A stretch of 62,814 nt of DNA, the filler included, from Octopus bimaculoides (taxonomy: Eukaryota), in NCBI RefSeq assembly GCF_001194135.2. It is 4 parts of 4 records of this genome, joined end to end, with 100 filler letters (N's around TTAATTAATTAA, not from the genome) between each part and the next. Parts side by side here need not be neighbours in the genome. Positions count along the whole stretch, not along the records: positions 25,107 to 41,082 come from NC_068994.1; positions 41,183 to 54,537 come from NC_068982.1; 2 more parts are not named here. One strand, given 5' to 3'. Each line of letters opens with the position of its first letter. The stretch's first letter is position 1. Made by a program: the position numbers and the translations under genes. Positions 38,934-52,469 of this stretch are shown piece after piece. The notes under the pieces are model-generated. The model did no database searches and was not told the origin of the DNA. It saw only the letters and a list, made by a program, of their open reading frames with translations.

Positions 38934-39170
38934 GGCGGCGAGCTGGCAGAAACGTTAGCATGCTGGGCGAAATGCTTAGTGGTATTTTGTCTGCCGTTAC
39001 GTTCTGAGTTCAAATTCCGCCGAGGTTGACTTTGCCTTTCATCCTTTCGGAGTTGATTAAATAAGTACCAGTTAAGCACTGGGGTCAATGTAATCGACTT
39101 AATCCCTTTGTCTGTCCTTGTTTGTCCCCTCTATGTTTAACCCCCTGTGGGCAATAAATACATAAATAAA
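38934..39170 (+). mobile_element. Young SINE-A with the alternative tail
   Basis: Tail ttaatccctttgtctgtccttgtttgtcccctctatgtttaacccc; flanks atagtgt(a/g)ctagaa are duplicated. Confidence 0.9.
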
Positions 39171-39294
39171 TAGATAGTGTGCTAGAAAACAATCATGACT
39201 GTGTTGGGAAAAAGTGTATTTGGAATGATAAAGCACACTTAACTTTAATATTTATGAAAAGAAAAAGGCATAGAAGTTCCATTATGTCATATTG

Positions 39295-39444
39295 ATGTGA
39301 TAAGTAGCTTGCTTACCAACCACATGGTTCTGGGTTCAGTCCCACTGTGTGGCACTTTAGGCAAGTGTCTTCTACTATAGCCTCAGGCCGACCAAAGCCT
39401 TGTGAGTGGATTTGGTAGACGGAAACTGAAAGAAGCCCATCATA

Positions 39445-39479
<35 letters not shown>

Positions 39480-39752
39480 NNNNNNNNNNNNNNNNNNNNN
39501 NNNNNNNNNNNNNNNNNNNNNNNNNNNNNNNNNNNNNNNNNNNNNNNNNNNNNNNNNNNNNNNNNNNNNNNNNNNNNNNNNNNNNNNNNNNNNNNNNNNN
39601 NNNNNNNNNNNNNNNNNNNNNNNNNNNNNNNNNNNNNNNNNNNNNNNNNNNNNNNNNNNNNNNNNNNNNNNNNNNNNNNNNNNNNNNNNNNNNNNNNNNN
39701 NNNNNNNNNNNNNNNNNNNNNNNNNNNNNNNNNNNNNNNNNNNNNNNNNNNN

Positions 39753-39797
<45 letters not shown>

Positions 39798-40025
39798 GTG
39801 TGTTTGTGTGTCTGTGTTTGTCCCCCCACCATCACTTGACAACCGATGCTGGTATGTTTACGTCCCCGTAACTTAGCGGTTCGGCAAAAAGAGACCGATA
39901 GAATAAGTACTAGGCTTACAAAGAATAAGTCCTGGGGGCGATTTTCTCGACTAAAAAGTGGTGCTCCAGCATGGCTGCAGTCAAATGACTGAAACAAGTA
40001 AACGAGTAAAAGAGTAAAGAGTACA
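39295..40025 (+). mobile_element. SINE-B copy with a gap in its internal (TA)n
   Basis: Head lies before the gap; the tail ending aaagagta repeats follows it. Confidence 0.85.
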
Positions 40026-40992
40026 TGTCTGTGAAATACTCAACCTGACCTGACACAAATCCATTTACTTTTACTTTGTCTTATTTCTCTGGAGGTTTTT
40101 GACCATTTCTCATAGTTGTAAACTTCCTTTATCTCCCTCGTATCCTACTAATTATTTAGTTCTTTCCACCTTGTTCGTATGTATGTTTGTTGTAACTGTA
40201 TATGTGTCATTTGGGTCATCACCCCATTTGTCCATCTTGGTCATTTATCTCCTACCTGACCAGACCCTTTTCAACTGGTCTTGCCATTTCAACTGGTCTT
40301 GCCCTTAATATAAATTCACACTTTACCCATGCACTTTACTTCCTTCTACATCACACAGATCCCATACAACTTATACCCCCCCCCCCCCTGCATTATTTAC
40401 ACTGACTCGGTCTCCTTCCTCTCACCACTTCCACTCCTCCTCATCATTTCTTCACTTCTTTTATTTTTGCAATGTTGTGACCTGATATTTAGTTTAAAAA
40501 ATTTTTTTTTTTTTATTCTCCCTACCCAAAGAAGAACAAGTGTTCAAAATGCTGGATTTTTTCATCCCTCACAATAAATCAGCTTACTGAAATTCATTTT
40601 TCTGCTTCAAGCTTTTTGTATTTTAGATGCCTGGAGTAGATAACATCTTATTCTGTTCTTCATTACTCATTGTTTAATCTTTTGTTGTTTTAATCTATCC
40701 ATCACTTCCTCTACACACCTTCATCTCATCTTTTGCTCTAGTAACCCAGTTACATCATTGTAGTGTATGTATTTATGTATATATGTACATATGTATATAT
40801 GAGGAGGTGCTTGGAACAATGTTTGTATGTGTGTGGATGTTTTTATGTTGTGAGTGTGTGTATATGTATGTGTGTATAATGTATGTATGTATGTATGTAT
40901 GTATGTATGTATATATGTTTGTATATATATATATGAAGGAATGTTTGGGGGTGTGTTTGTAGGAGTAGATGTTCACACATTGTGTGTGTATG

Positions 40993-41041
<49 letters not shown>

Positions 41042-41082
41042 GAAGGAATGTTTGGGGGTATGTTTGTATGAGTAGATGTTTA

Positions 41083-41182
41083 NNNNNNNNNNNNNNNNNN
41101 NNNNNNNNNNNNNNNNNNNNNNNNNNTTAATTAATTAANNNNNNNNNNNNNNNNNNNNNNNNNNNNNNNNNNNNNNNNNNNN
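41083..41182. other. Artificial scaffold linker 44N-TTAATTAATTAA-44N
   Basis: Same cassette as at 25007. Confidence 0.95.
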
Positions 41183-41364
41183 TATATATATATATATATA
41201 TATATCACGCAAATATGCACATATACACACGTATATATATTATACATATATATACACTATACTGTGCAACAAAGGTAGCACTAACACAACGTACCACTAT
41301 ATCCCCATCCATTTATACACACACACAAACCCACACACATAATGTTTCCTTATTTTGGCACAAA

Positions 41365-41490
41365 CCCATCAATCTCGGGGTAACGGGTAGGTGGAGGACA
41401 ACGATTCCAGTGTTCAATTGTTACTTATTTTATCGACCAGGACGAAATACCGCTAAACATTTAGCTCGGTATGGTAACCATTCTGCCAGT
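41365..41490 (-). mobile_element. SINE-A fragment
   Basis: cttattttatcgacc..acgaaataccgctaaacatt...ctgccag. Confidence 0.6.
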
Positions 41491-41957
41491 GCGACAATGC
41501 TATGAACAGAAAAAGAAAATTGATATTACAGTGTTGAATAGAAAAGAAAAAAAGTCATGCATGATAATCAACATGGCATGTCCTGGTTAAAACAGGATCG
41601 AAGAGAAAGAAGGAGAAAGTGAACAACTATGATGAATTGTAGTGGGAAATACGCAGTTTTGGGTAATGCAGAGAGTGTATGTGATGCCAATAGTGATTGG
41701 CTCACGTAGGAGTATCAGCGCTTAACTACCAACGTGGTCCAAAAAGATTGCTCCAAATATAAATATAAAAGACAACGAAAATTGTCATTCTTTGGAGGTG
41801 AAAGAGTTCTTTGCAGGTTTCTTGAGGTATGATCAGTAGAGAAGTGTCACCTTAGTCTGCTGGCTGTAGGCAGCTAATACCTTCCATCATACTCAACGAA
41901 AAAACAATAAGCTGAAAGTTTCACCAAATAATAATAATAATAGTAAGAATCGTTTCT

Positions 41958-42098
41958 ACTCCAAGCACAATGTCCGACATTTTGGTGGAGGGAGCCAGTC
42001 GATTAGATCGACCTCAGTACGCAACTGGTACTTAATTTATCGATCTTGAAAGGATGAAAGGCAAAGTCAACCTCGGCGGAATTTGAACTCAGAACTAC
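41958..42098 (-). mobile_element. 5'-truncated SINE-A
   Basis: Matches the consensus. Confidence 0.8.
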
Positions 42099-42217
42099 GA
42101 CGACGACAGCTGTAGCGATGGCAACGACGATGACCATGACAGCTATGACGATGGCAACGACGATGACGACGACAGATACACTGATGGCGCCGACGATGAC
42201 GACAATAATGATGCAGA

Positions 42218-42258
<41 letters not shown>

Positions 42259-42340
42259 ATGATGATGGCGGATGTGGTGGTAGTGGTGTTGGTGGTGGTG
42301 GTGGTGGTGGTGGTGGTGTTGATGATGACAACAATAATAA
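42097..42340. repeat. Compound trinucleotide repeat (GAC/GAT/GCT/GGT)n
   Basis: Direct read. Confidence 0.9.
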
Positions 42341-43074
42341 TATCCATATATGTTTAATACTTCAACTTTAAATGCCATTTCTTTTCATCTGAAAGATAAA
42401 TAGAGATATAAAATATTTTCTATTGATATTGAGATTGGGAAATGAAACTAAATAAAATTAGTAGTGATATATGATTTGTGAATTCTATTCGGATTTATTC
42501 TTCACATATTGCCAGAGAAAAGCTGAGAGGCTCTGGTATTAAAAACAGGAATAGCTTCAACACGAAGTGTGTGACACTCTACTAAATTTATTCTTTGAAG
42601 TCATCTATGGCTGTTTTTAAGGATTGTTGGTTATATGGGGTTTTGGCTAAGTTTATCAATAGGCGATAACCCTTGGAAGTTAATGTCACCTTGTTTTATT
42701 CATTTCAGTTTTAGTCATGTTGATATGAAGTAGAAAAGATTTATACGAAACAGAATATCGAAATCACTGGAACAGCAAGAGAGTAAGAAAGAATGAGAAA
42801 GGAAAAGAGAGGGAACTACAACGAGAGATAGAGAGAGGGAGTGAGGGAGTGAGATAGGGAGAGAACGTGAGAGAAAATGATAGAGCTGTTAGAAGAAAAA
42901 ATAAATGAATAACGTTAGGTATATGAGGGTAAAAGAAAAGTGGGTGGCATTCCAAGCAATTGTCGCTTTGGTTTGCCAGCGTATCATTTTCTGAACAAAA
43001 ATTGATGTTTGATCTCATATCAATAACCTGCGGCATATCACAGCCATTAAGATAGCAAATACACATACACACGC

Positions 43075-43108
<34 letters not shown>

Positions 43109-43789
43109 NNNNNNNNNNNNNNNNNNNNNNNNNNNNNNNNNNNNNNNNNNNNNNNNNNNNNNNNNNNNNNNNNNNNNNNNNNNNNNNNNNNNNNNNNNNN
43201 NNNNNNNNNNNNNNNNNNNNNNNNNNNNNNNNNNNNNNNNNNNNNNNNNNNNNNNNNNNNNNNNNNNNNNNNNNNNNNNNNNNNNNNNNNNNNNNNNNNN
43301 NNNNNNNNNNNNNNNNNNNNNNNNNNNNNNNNNNNNNNNNNNNNNNNNNNNNNNNNNNNNNNNNNNNNNNNNNNNNNNNNNNNNNNNNNNNNNNNNNNNN
43401 NNNNNNNNNNNNNNNNNNNNNNNNNNNNNNNNNNNNNNNNNNNNNNNNNNNNNNNNNNNNNNNNNNNNNNNNNNNNNNNNNNNNNNNNNNNNNNNNNNNN
43501 NNNNNNNNNNNNNNNNNNNNNNNNNNNNNNNNNNNNNNNNNNNNNNNNNNNNNNNNNNNNNNNNNNNNNNNNNNNNNNNNNNNNNNNNNNNNNNNNNNNN
43601 NNNNNNNNNNNNNNNNNNNNNNNNNNNNNNNNNNNNNNNNNNNNNNNNNNNNNNNNNTATATATATATATATATATATTCCTTGAGATATTAGAACTCAG
43701 CTGAAAATATCGCAACGTTCACCTTATTTCGTGGAAATATCAGGTACCTCAAAGTATGCAGATATTCTAGAATAACCATTTATCCAGCA

Positions 43790-44000
43790 AACCTGTTGGT
43801 AAAAGCATTTCGTTACCATCTGTATTCAAACACGGTATGTCGATGGGCCCTTCCTATTTTAAATCAGAAACGTGGGTTTTTTTGTTGGATGTTAACAGTT
43901 ATTTCTCCGAGCGTGTTGAATGGCCATATGGAATCGTCACGGATATCGCAAGACAAAACCTTCACTTTTTATCATGTGAAGAACTACAGCATATCTGTAG
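43790..44000 (+). mobile_element. Very degenerate RTE-like fragment
   Basis: SETWVFL...FSERVE resembles the RTE motif YxSETWxL...ER. Confidence 0.3.
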
Positions 44001-44564
44001 AAGTTTCCTTTTTTTTTCTTTCTGCAACAATTGCAACGTACAATACAAATTAGATCCCACAACAGAATTAAATTCAACCCTAAAAGCGTTTCCGTAATAC
44101 GCACATAATCACTTCAAACTTTAATGATTCTTTTCTAACTTGGAAACACAACGTTTACCAAACAACAAACGTATCTACTCCTATCATATGACAACTACCT
44201 TATCGTGACAATCTACAAATAGCATTAAACTGTATAAGAGTCCACCGCCATTTCAAGATCAAATGTCACCTCACGTCAGATGACTGTCGAATAATTTTTC
44301 ATCGTTTCTAAACGAAATAGTCACGACACTAGGTAGGTAGTTTACTCATTGGTTTCCAGTCCTCCATTCACCACACTAACCACTATGTCTAGTCTCCTTT
44401 TCCTGGAACTTAGCTTCTGTAAAACACTTTGTTACATCCAATTTCTTTCTTTTTTCTTTTTTCTACAAATATTAAGGTCCTCAGTCAGACGGGCATGTGT
44501 CTCGTGTAAATTCTATGTTGGCAGATACATTTACTTTCGATCAATCTAATAAATACTGGTTTTA

Positions 44565-44690
44565 AATTTTGGTACAACGCCAGCAATTTGGGGCATGGAA
44601 TAAGTCGATTACATCGACCTCAGTACATAACTGGTACTCATTTCATCAACCCCGAAATAATAAAAGGCAAAGGTGACTTCAGCGGAAGGA
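44565..44690 (-). mobile_element. SINE-A 3' half
   Basis: Matches the consensus. Confidence 0.7.
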
Positions 44691-46060
44691 TCTTCTGCCT
44701 TTATCAGAAATGGTATCAGTATACATTGACATACAGAAACACACACACATGTTCCAAACTACTGAATCGTGTGTATACGTACATACATACATACATACAT
44801 ACATACATACATACATNNNNNNNNNNNNNNNNNNNNNNNNNNNNNNNNNNNNNNNNNNNNNNNNNNNNNNNNNNNNNNNNNNNNNNNNNNNNNNNNNNNN
44901 NNNNNNNNNNNNNNNNNNNNNNNNNNNNNNNNNNNNNNNNNNNNNNNNNNNNNNNNNNNNNNNNNNNNNNNNNNNNNNNNNNNNNNNNNNNNNNNNNNNN
45001 NNNNNNNNNNNNNNNNNNNNNNNNNNNNNNNNNNNNNNNNNNNNNNNNNNNNNNNNNNNNNNNNNNNNNNNNNNNNNNNNNNNNNNNNNNNNNNNNNNNN
45101 NNNNNNNNNNNNNNNNNNNNNNNNNNNNNNNNNNNNNNNNNNNNNNNNNNNNNNNNNNNNNNNNNNNNNNNNNNNNNNNNNNNNNNATATATATATATAT
45201 ATATATATATACCACATGCGGACTGTATGACGCTAGTGTTAGACAATTTTGGCAATCTTAATAGATTTTATCTTACTTATCTACTCCAAGGTATGGAACC
45301 AACTTCCTATTCACAGATTAAATCTCAAGTATGTGAATGCACTATAGTATGCTATAGTTTAGAATATTTTCTATACCATTACCAACGTCTCTAGAATCTT
45401 ATGTTTCTTTTCAAAATAGCAAAGATAACTCGGGTCAATATATAGATTTTTATTTTTTTATTGAAAGACTTAGGAGGCATAAAACATCATTTGTTCAAAT
45501 TCTAAAGACACATAGAATATCTACAGAAGTTAACGAACATAAGAAGATGTCTGAAGATGTCTAAAATGTTAGGATGTCCATCAAATGCTTATACAATTAG
45601 CATATAAAACATAGCGGGACAGAATACAGAATATATTCCCGAAAACTGATGAATAGGTATTTGGTAAGATGTGTCTATCATGTTATTACTAAATAACAAA
45701 TACCGTTATTTAGAACAAAAATGAAACATTTCTTTCTCTCATCTTTCTCATTTTCTCCTTCCCTGTCTTACTCGATCAAACATTTCTTCAGGGGGGTGCC
45801 CCATCATGGCCTGGGTCTAATGACTGAAACAATCAAAATTTACTGATATATACATGTATGCATATGCAAATTGATATACTCCCAAATATAGGCAGACATT
45901 CACATACATTCCCACAACTCTATATGCATACCCACCCATAGTTGCACACATGCATCCATGAATGTAAGCTAAAATTGTCATAAAGGATAAGTATGTTCAC
46001 GTCTTGGGCGTGATTTTCCGAGGGGTGCATTGTCGTACATCTGCCCAGTATTTACTCTCA

Positions 46061-46091
<31 letters not shown>

Positions 46092-46092
46092 C

Positions 46093-46143
<51 letters not shown>

Positions 46144-46218
46144 ACCGGAGTAAACACATAAATGTGAAATAAGGTGGAAAAAAGAGTACTCAAATACCAA
46201 CGGTAGAGTAACAAGCTG

Positions 46219-46373
46219 TATTAAAAGCACCAGAAATATCACAAAAACAGGTACTCAGAGTTTCACGTTGCCGCTCGTTGGACCGTTTTGTTAGAATCTA
46301 ACGAAACTGTCCGACAAACGGGGACGTGAAACTCTGAGTAACAGTCTTTGTGATATTTCTGGTGCTTTTAATA
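46219..46373. repeat. Foldback inverted repeat with arms of about 75 bp and a 5-nt spacer
   Basis: tattaaaagcaccagaaatatcacaaa...tttcacgt...gtta-gaatc-taac...acgtgaaa...tttgtgatatttctggtgcttttaata. Confidence 0.9.
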
Positions 46374-46678
46374 AAGTGTGTATATATATAGGAAATGTTA
46401 TACGCATAACATTTGGAATCTCAGAAGGGTCTTCACATAAGCATCTGGGATTTCTTATATTACCTTTCGGATCTTGGTGGATATATTTCTCGTTTGAGAA
46501 AAACTAAATCAAATCTTCTTTTGCTNNNNNNNNNNCACATACACATACATCTGTATATATGTAAACATAAATATATATATACATATATATATATATATGC
46601 ATAATCATATATATACATACACACGTGCGTACACATACACATACATCTGTATATATGTAAACATAAATATATATATAC

Positions 46679-46709
<31 letters not shown>

Positions 46710-47311
46710 ACATCAAATTTGCAGTGTTTTATTCATCCATCCATTTTCGTTTTGGTAGGGCTTTTGAAATTGATTAACTATTTGTATTCTATAAATATTA
46801 TTTTCTACGTATGTATATCCGGTCAGATATTTCGCAGAACATCTGATGTTGAAACTGCTAACTAAATACTAAATAGAGTCATGATATGATGTTCATGTAT
46901 AATGTTAGCGATGTACATTAATACTAAACCTATGATTAAACTAAATTTCTGATTAAACTTCATTGCATGCAGACTCGGAAAGACGTTAAAGTTTTCTAAT
47001 TATAACCCGAGCTTTCAATGTTTAATAAATTTCTATTGATGTCGTTGGCATGATAATTCTCTGTAGTAATGTGACACTTCTTAGTGGTTTGCTGATCAAA
47101 TATATTATTGGAAATTACACAAATCAATATATATAAGCTGCAACTTCTATAAATACTTAATATTAACTTCTATATTGACTGTATACTTGACCAACATAGC
47201 GATGATAATAGATTATCTATCTGCAAGTTCAAAATGGAAATCAGTGTGGTTTGAAACTACAGTCGTACACGACAGGACTAACCACAAAACATTTCCTGCC
47301 AACATTTCATA

Positions 47312-47527
47312 GGTGGTGAGCTGGCAGAAACGTTAGCGCGCCGGGCGAAATGCTTAGCGGTATTTCGTTGAGCTAAAATTCCGCCGAAGTCGACTTTGAC
47401 TTTCATCCTTCGGGGTCAATAAATTAAGTACCAGTTACGCACTGGAGTCGATGTAATCGACTTAATCCCTTTGTCTGTCCTTGTTTGTCCCCTCTATGTT
47501 TAACCCCTTGTGGGCAATAAAGAAATA
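47312..47527 (+). mobile_element. Young SINE-A with the alternative tail and a 16-bp TSD
   Basis: acaaaacatttcctgc occurs at 47284-47299 and 47528-47543. Confidence 0.95.
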
Positions 47528-47799
47528 ACAAAACATTTCCTGCTAATTACGTCGTCATGTTGGCGAACTAGTAAAATCCCTAGAGCAACGGCATAATTAA
47601 CTTGCGAATTCGCTTTGGTTCCTTAAGTTGCCAGCTCAAATCCCTTCGAGGGGATTTTTTTTTATACCTTTTGGATCAGTATAATTATGTAGCTCTAAAT
47701 ATTATGGGGTTTGATGGAGACTAACATACTCTCCTCAAAATTGCTGCCCTAAGAAACGACTAAAGCATTTACACCTAAATTTCTTCAGGCTGTCTTCCA

Positions 47800-48430
47800 G
47801 AAATAGCAGGTAAATCTCTGTCAAACCTCTGTCTAATTTTTTTAAATGAAGTGAAATCAAGCTTAAAATGCTTTTTGTTTATCGATGGAATGACCATGAC
47901 AACATGAAGCTTTTTACCACGGATTTCTTTCTTCCAGAATAAGCTGAAATACCAATATATCATTATATAATCTATATTTTGAATTCTACGATTATTTCGC
48001 AAAAAGGAGGTGATATTAAATTAATTAAAGATGCTGAAGTCGATTATCATAAATGCGGCAACTCAAGATCTCTAATGAAAGGTTTTTCGAGTTTAAAACA
48101 TTAAGCTAAACTGTTGGCTACAGCCTATTCTTTGTAGAGGATGTGCGTTCGACAGGGGAAAGATCATCAGAGACAGTGTGGACATAGCATTTGAAACCAT
48201 CTGATGATTATATTTATGAGAAAGAGCAAGTTTTCCGTAATGCTTGAATTAATTGTTCGGACAATTTTTTCGCAGTTCAAGTAAATAAAATTTTCATGAG
48301 CCAATTGCAAGAGGTTTCCTCTCTCCAGATTCCACCGTCTTTGTAGAATATTCGTGTGGTATCTAGGTACCAACAAGTTGGAGTTTGAGTGCACAGTGTT
48401 AATGAATAAGCGCATTGTTCTCTACGAAAG
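47800..48430 (+). mobile_element. Highly decayed CR1/L2-like LINE 3' region
   Basis: ILNSTIISQKGGDIKLIK resembles ILEY..WSP..KGDI..IE, and NIRVVSR/NKL resembles SNRVV..WNKL. Confidence 0.35.
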
Positions 48431-49904
48431 AACATCTGCTGTTAGACAATACGCAGTTGGGTCCCTGAGGTCTAGGACGAAGTTTTGGGGGAAACCGCTC
48501 ATCGACATATACTAATGATAAACAGCCTCATCAGCATACGCCACGATATTGTCAAGTATTACTGTTTTTGTGTTTCGTAGTGGGTTTACTTGTTAGTGAT
48601 AATTATGTTGATAAAGTTTTTTCCATGACAAGAAATCTTATGTATTTATATGTGAATATACGAATGTAAGTACATGATTGCGTAGGGCTGTGTATGTAAC
48701 AACATTTAAATATTATAAAAGCATAGTTATTTTCTAACGACGCTGTGTGAATCTCTCTTGCTACACGGCATTCTTTTCTTCAAAGCTTCAGTAAAATAAG
48801 CTAAAAAAAATAATTTTAAAGAAATATCTGTCACTCTTGTCTCACGTGAGCGTTACACGAATATAAAAGAGATGAATGCATACAAAAAAACTATATTTAT
48901 ACAAAATATTCATGCCAATCACGCCACTATTATAGATTTCTTTAAATCTTTTATATTTATTAAGAAACAACAGTAGGTAGATGAAATATTCTTGCCTCTT
49001 GTAAACAGCTTTACCACTGGGAATAGCGAGAAAGAATACCGAGAAAGATATTAAACAGGGATTCAGAACAGAGATATAGTTTCCTCTAACTAGGTGTTTT
49101 ATATGTATGTATGTGTGTGTGTGTGGGGGGGGGTATAAGTATGTGAATGTTAGTGTGTATACCTTATCTGGGTGTGTATGTAGGTATGCGTGTGTGTACG
49201 TGCATGAATAATATGCACCGCTTAAATTAGATGAACATTGAAATTAATTTAAATGTACAAAGAACGAAAGTATATAAACATTTTCTTTCAGTTATTGATG
49301 CGCTGGATAAAAGTAGGGAGGGATTCAGCTGACAAACAGTTCTACGAAGTCTTGGCCGCAACTCAGAGACCTACTTTGATGCGTTCCCAACCCACAGACA
49401 CGGATCACCTACTATGTAAATCAGTCATACAACCGGGAAAAATATTAGAGGATAACATAATTTATATATTTTTCGTTACGTCTGCTCGACAGAACAATAT
49501 CTTTTTTATGCACAGCACACCATAAATCAGAAACACTAAAAATATAATCACCATTCTTTCTTCATGGGCAGAAATATTACATAAATTTACTTCAGTTCTG
49601 ATTCACGTTTCGTTATCAATGAAATACTTAGAGATTAATTAATGACAAAAATATATGTAAATTTGGGTATTCATTACCGACATAAGCTACATTCATTACT
49701 TCTCTCTCCGATTTGTTCACTCTCTCTCCAGTTTTTCCTCTCAATACTTACTGTCGAAGAGCGTAGAAACGTAATGTCAAAGATTCATTCTTCTAGAGCG
49801 TCAAACTTTGACACCAGTTTGTTGTTCATATACCTGTCTTCGTCTTTTGTGTTATATATATATATATATATATGCACATACATCCATTTATATATAAACA
49901 TATG

Positions 49905-49939
<35 letters not shown>

Positions 49940-50396
49940 TTCTAAACCATGCCAGAACTGCTTTCTGAAAGACTGAAAGCAATTAAGAGTGAGACATAGT
50001 GTACGTGAAAGAGAGTTAGAAAGAAACAACATTTCACCAATATATATGATTTAGCGGCCCGGGTAAGTCAAGTAACAACAAACGTTCAATGGAAACGTTC
50101 ACTGAGGTCGTAATTTTCAGCATAACACGTCTGGTACGAACATATTCATATTCTTACCGGTTGAACTTAGCAACTGTCAACAAAGACAGCTGTAAAATGT
50201 GTAATAATTCACTTAGCATACGTGAAAGACAGGTTAAATATACAGATCGGCATGCGTGACTCCAAGCAGTTGAAAGATACACCCACGTAGAAGCAGTAAC
50301 ACACGCATTTTATTTTATATATTTACACAGGCTCACACACACACACACACATATATACTTACACATAAGAAAGATATAGAATCACATCATACATAT

Positions 50397-50429
<33 letters not shown>

Positions 50430-51071
50430 GATAAATAGATAGATAGATAGATAGATAGATAGANNNNNNNNNNNNNNNNNNNNNNNNNNNNNNNNNNNNN
50501 NNNNNNNNNNNNNNNNNNNNNNNNNNNNNNNNNNNNNNNNNNNNNNNNNNNNNNNNNNNNNNNNNNNNNNNNNNNNNNNNNNNNNNNNNNNNNNNNNNNN
50601 NNNNNNNNNNNNNNNNNNNNNNNNNNNNNNNNNNNNNNNNNNNNNNNNNNNNNNNNNNNNNNNNNNNNNNNNNNNNNNNNNNNNNNNNNNNNNNNNNNNN
50701 NNNNNNNNNNNNNNNNNNNNNNNNNNNNNNNNNNNNNNNNNNNNNNNNNNNNNNNNNNNNNNNNNNNNNNNNNNNNNNNNNNNNNNNNNNNNNNNNNNNN
50801 NNNNNNNNNNNNNNNNNNNNNNNNNNNNNNNNNNNNNNNNNNNNNNNNNNNNNNNNNNNNNNNNNNNNNNNNNNNNNNNNNNNNNNNNNNNNNNNNNNNN
50901 NNNNNNNNNNNNNNNNNNNNNNNNNNNNNNNNNNNNNNNNNNNNNNNNNNNNNNNNNNNNNNNNNNNNNNNNNNNNNNNNNNNNNNNNNNNNNNNNNNNT
51001 ATATATATATATATATATACACACACACGTCTATATATATTTAAATACGTATATGTAGATATATTGATATT

Positions 51072-51111
<40 letters not shown>

Positions 51112-52469
51112 CAGACAGATAGTTAGATACATACATACATACATACATACACACACATATATACATAGTTTCTCACAAATACGTCTATGATCTTAACAAA
51201 ATAATGCATTTAATACACACACAAACACGTGTGTGCCTGGTGTGTGTGCGTGTATGTGTTTGGGAATCTAAATGTCTACATAGACATTACATTACATATA
51301 TATATAAGTACATATGCGCCGGTGTTCATGTGTATAATTTAACCAAGATACATCACAATCGGTAGGTACGCTTACCATGATATGTGGGGCGTGCCAGACA
51401 AATAAACAATCGACATATCTCCCGATCAATCGAGGTGAATTACTTGTACAAAGACTCGAACTACTCCATCTCAACAATATTGTTATTAACTGCAGGCGGA
51501 AAGACGGTATACGCTAATGTGTTAGCAATATTTCAAATAGATTCCAGCAACACTTCATATTTTATCGATCTAAGAATAAAATTTGTTTGGCTTTTAGAAA
51601 GGAAAGACATTAGAGACGAAAGAAAATATTTTTACAGTGTTATGCATGTATGTATATATATATATGTACATATATATATATATATATATATATANNNNNN
51701 NNNNNNNNNNNNNNNNNNNNNNNNNNNNNNNNNNNNNNNNNNNNNNNNNNNNNNNNNNNNNNNNNNNNNNNNNNNNNNNNNNNNNNNNNNNNNNNNNNNN
51801 NNNNNNNNNNNNNNNNNNNNNNNNNNNNNNNNNNNNNNNNNNNNNNNNNNNNNNNNNNNNNNNNNNNNNNNNNNNNNNNNNNNNNNNNNNNNNNNNNNNN
51901 NNNNNNNNNNNNNNNNNNNNNNNNNNNNNNNNNNNNNNNNNNNNNNNNNNNNNNNNNNNNNNNNNNNNNNNNNNNNNNNNNNNNNNNNNNNNNNNNNNNN
52001 NNNNNNNNNNNNNNNNNNNNNNNNNNNNNNNNNNNNNNNNNNNNNNNNNNNNNNNNNNNNNNNNNNNNNNNNNNNNNNNNNNNNNNNNNNNNNNNNNNNN
52101 NNNNNNNNNNNNNNNNNNNNNNNNNNNNNNNNNNNNNNNNNNNNNNNNNNNNNNNNNNNNNNNNNNNNNNNNNNNNNNNNNNNNNNNNNNNNNNNNNNNN
52201 NNNNNNNNNNNNNNNNNNNNNNNNNNNNNNNNNNNNNNNNNNNNNNNNNNNNNNNNNNNNNNNNNNNNNNNNNNNNNNNNNNNNNNNNNNNNNNNNNNNN
52301 NNNNNNNNNNNNNNNNNNNNNNNNNNNNNNNNNNNNNNNNNNNNNNNNNNNNNNNNNNNNNNNNNNNNNNNNNNNNNNNNNNNNNNNNNNNNTATATATA
52401 TATATATATATGAGCACTCTTAGAAAACTTTAAAATAGAAACAATACTATCCTTCTTCTTGTTTTTCTT

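Noticed and set aside
42067-42378. His/Gln/Arg-rich ORF
   Set aside because: It is a trinucleotide microsatellite running into a SINE-A, with no splice or domain context.
3900-47400. A/B-box tRNA-like sequences as tRNA genes
   Set aside because: They are heads of multi-copy SINEs, continue into family-specific bodies, and lack complete cloverleaves.
47638-47663. Hairpin plus T-run resembling a bacterial terminator (aaatcccttcgaggggattttttttt)
   Set aside because: It is short, sits in a eukaryotic context with no upstream gene, and has no CTRR end to suggest a Helitron terminus.
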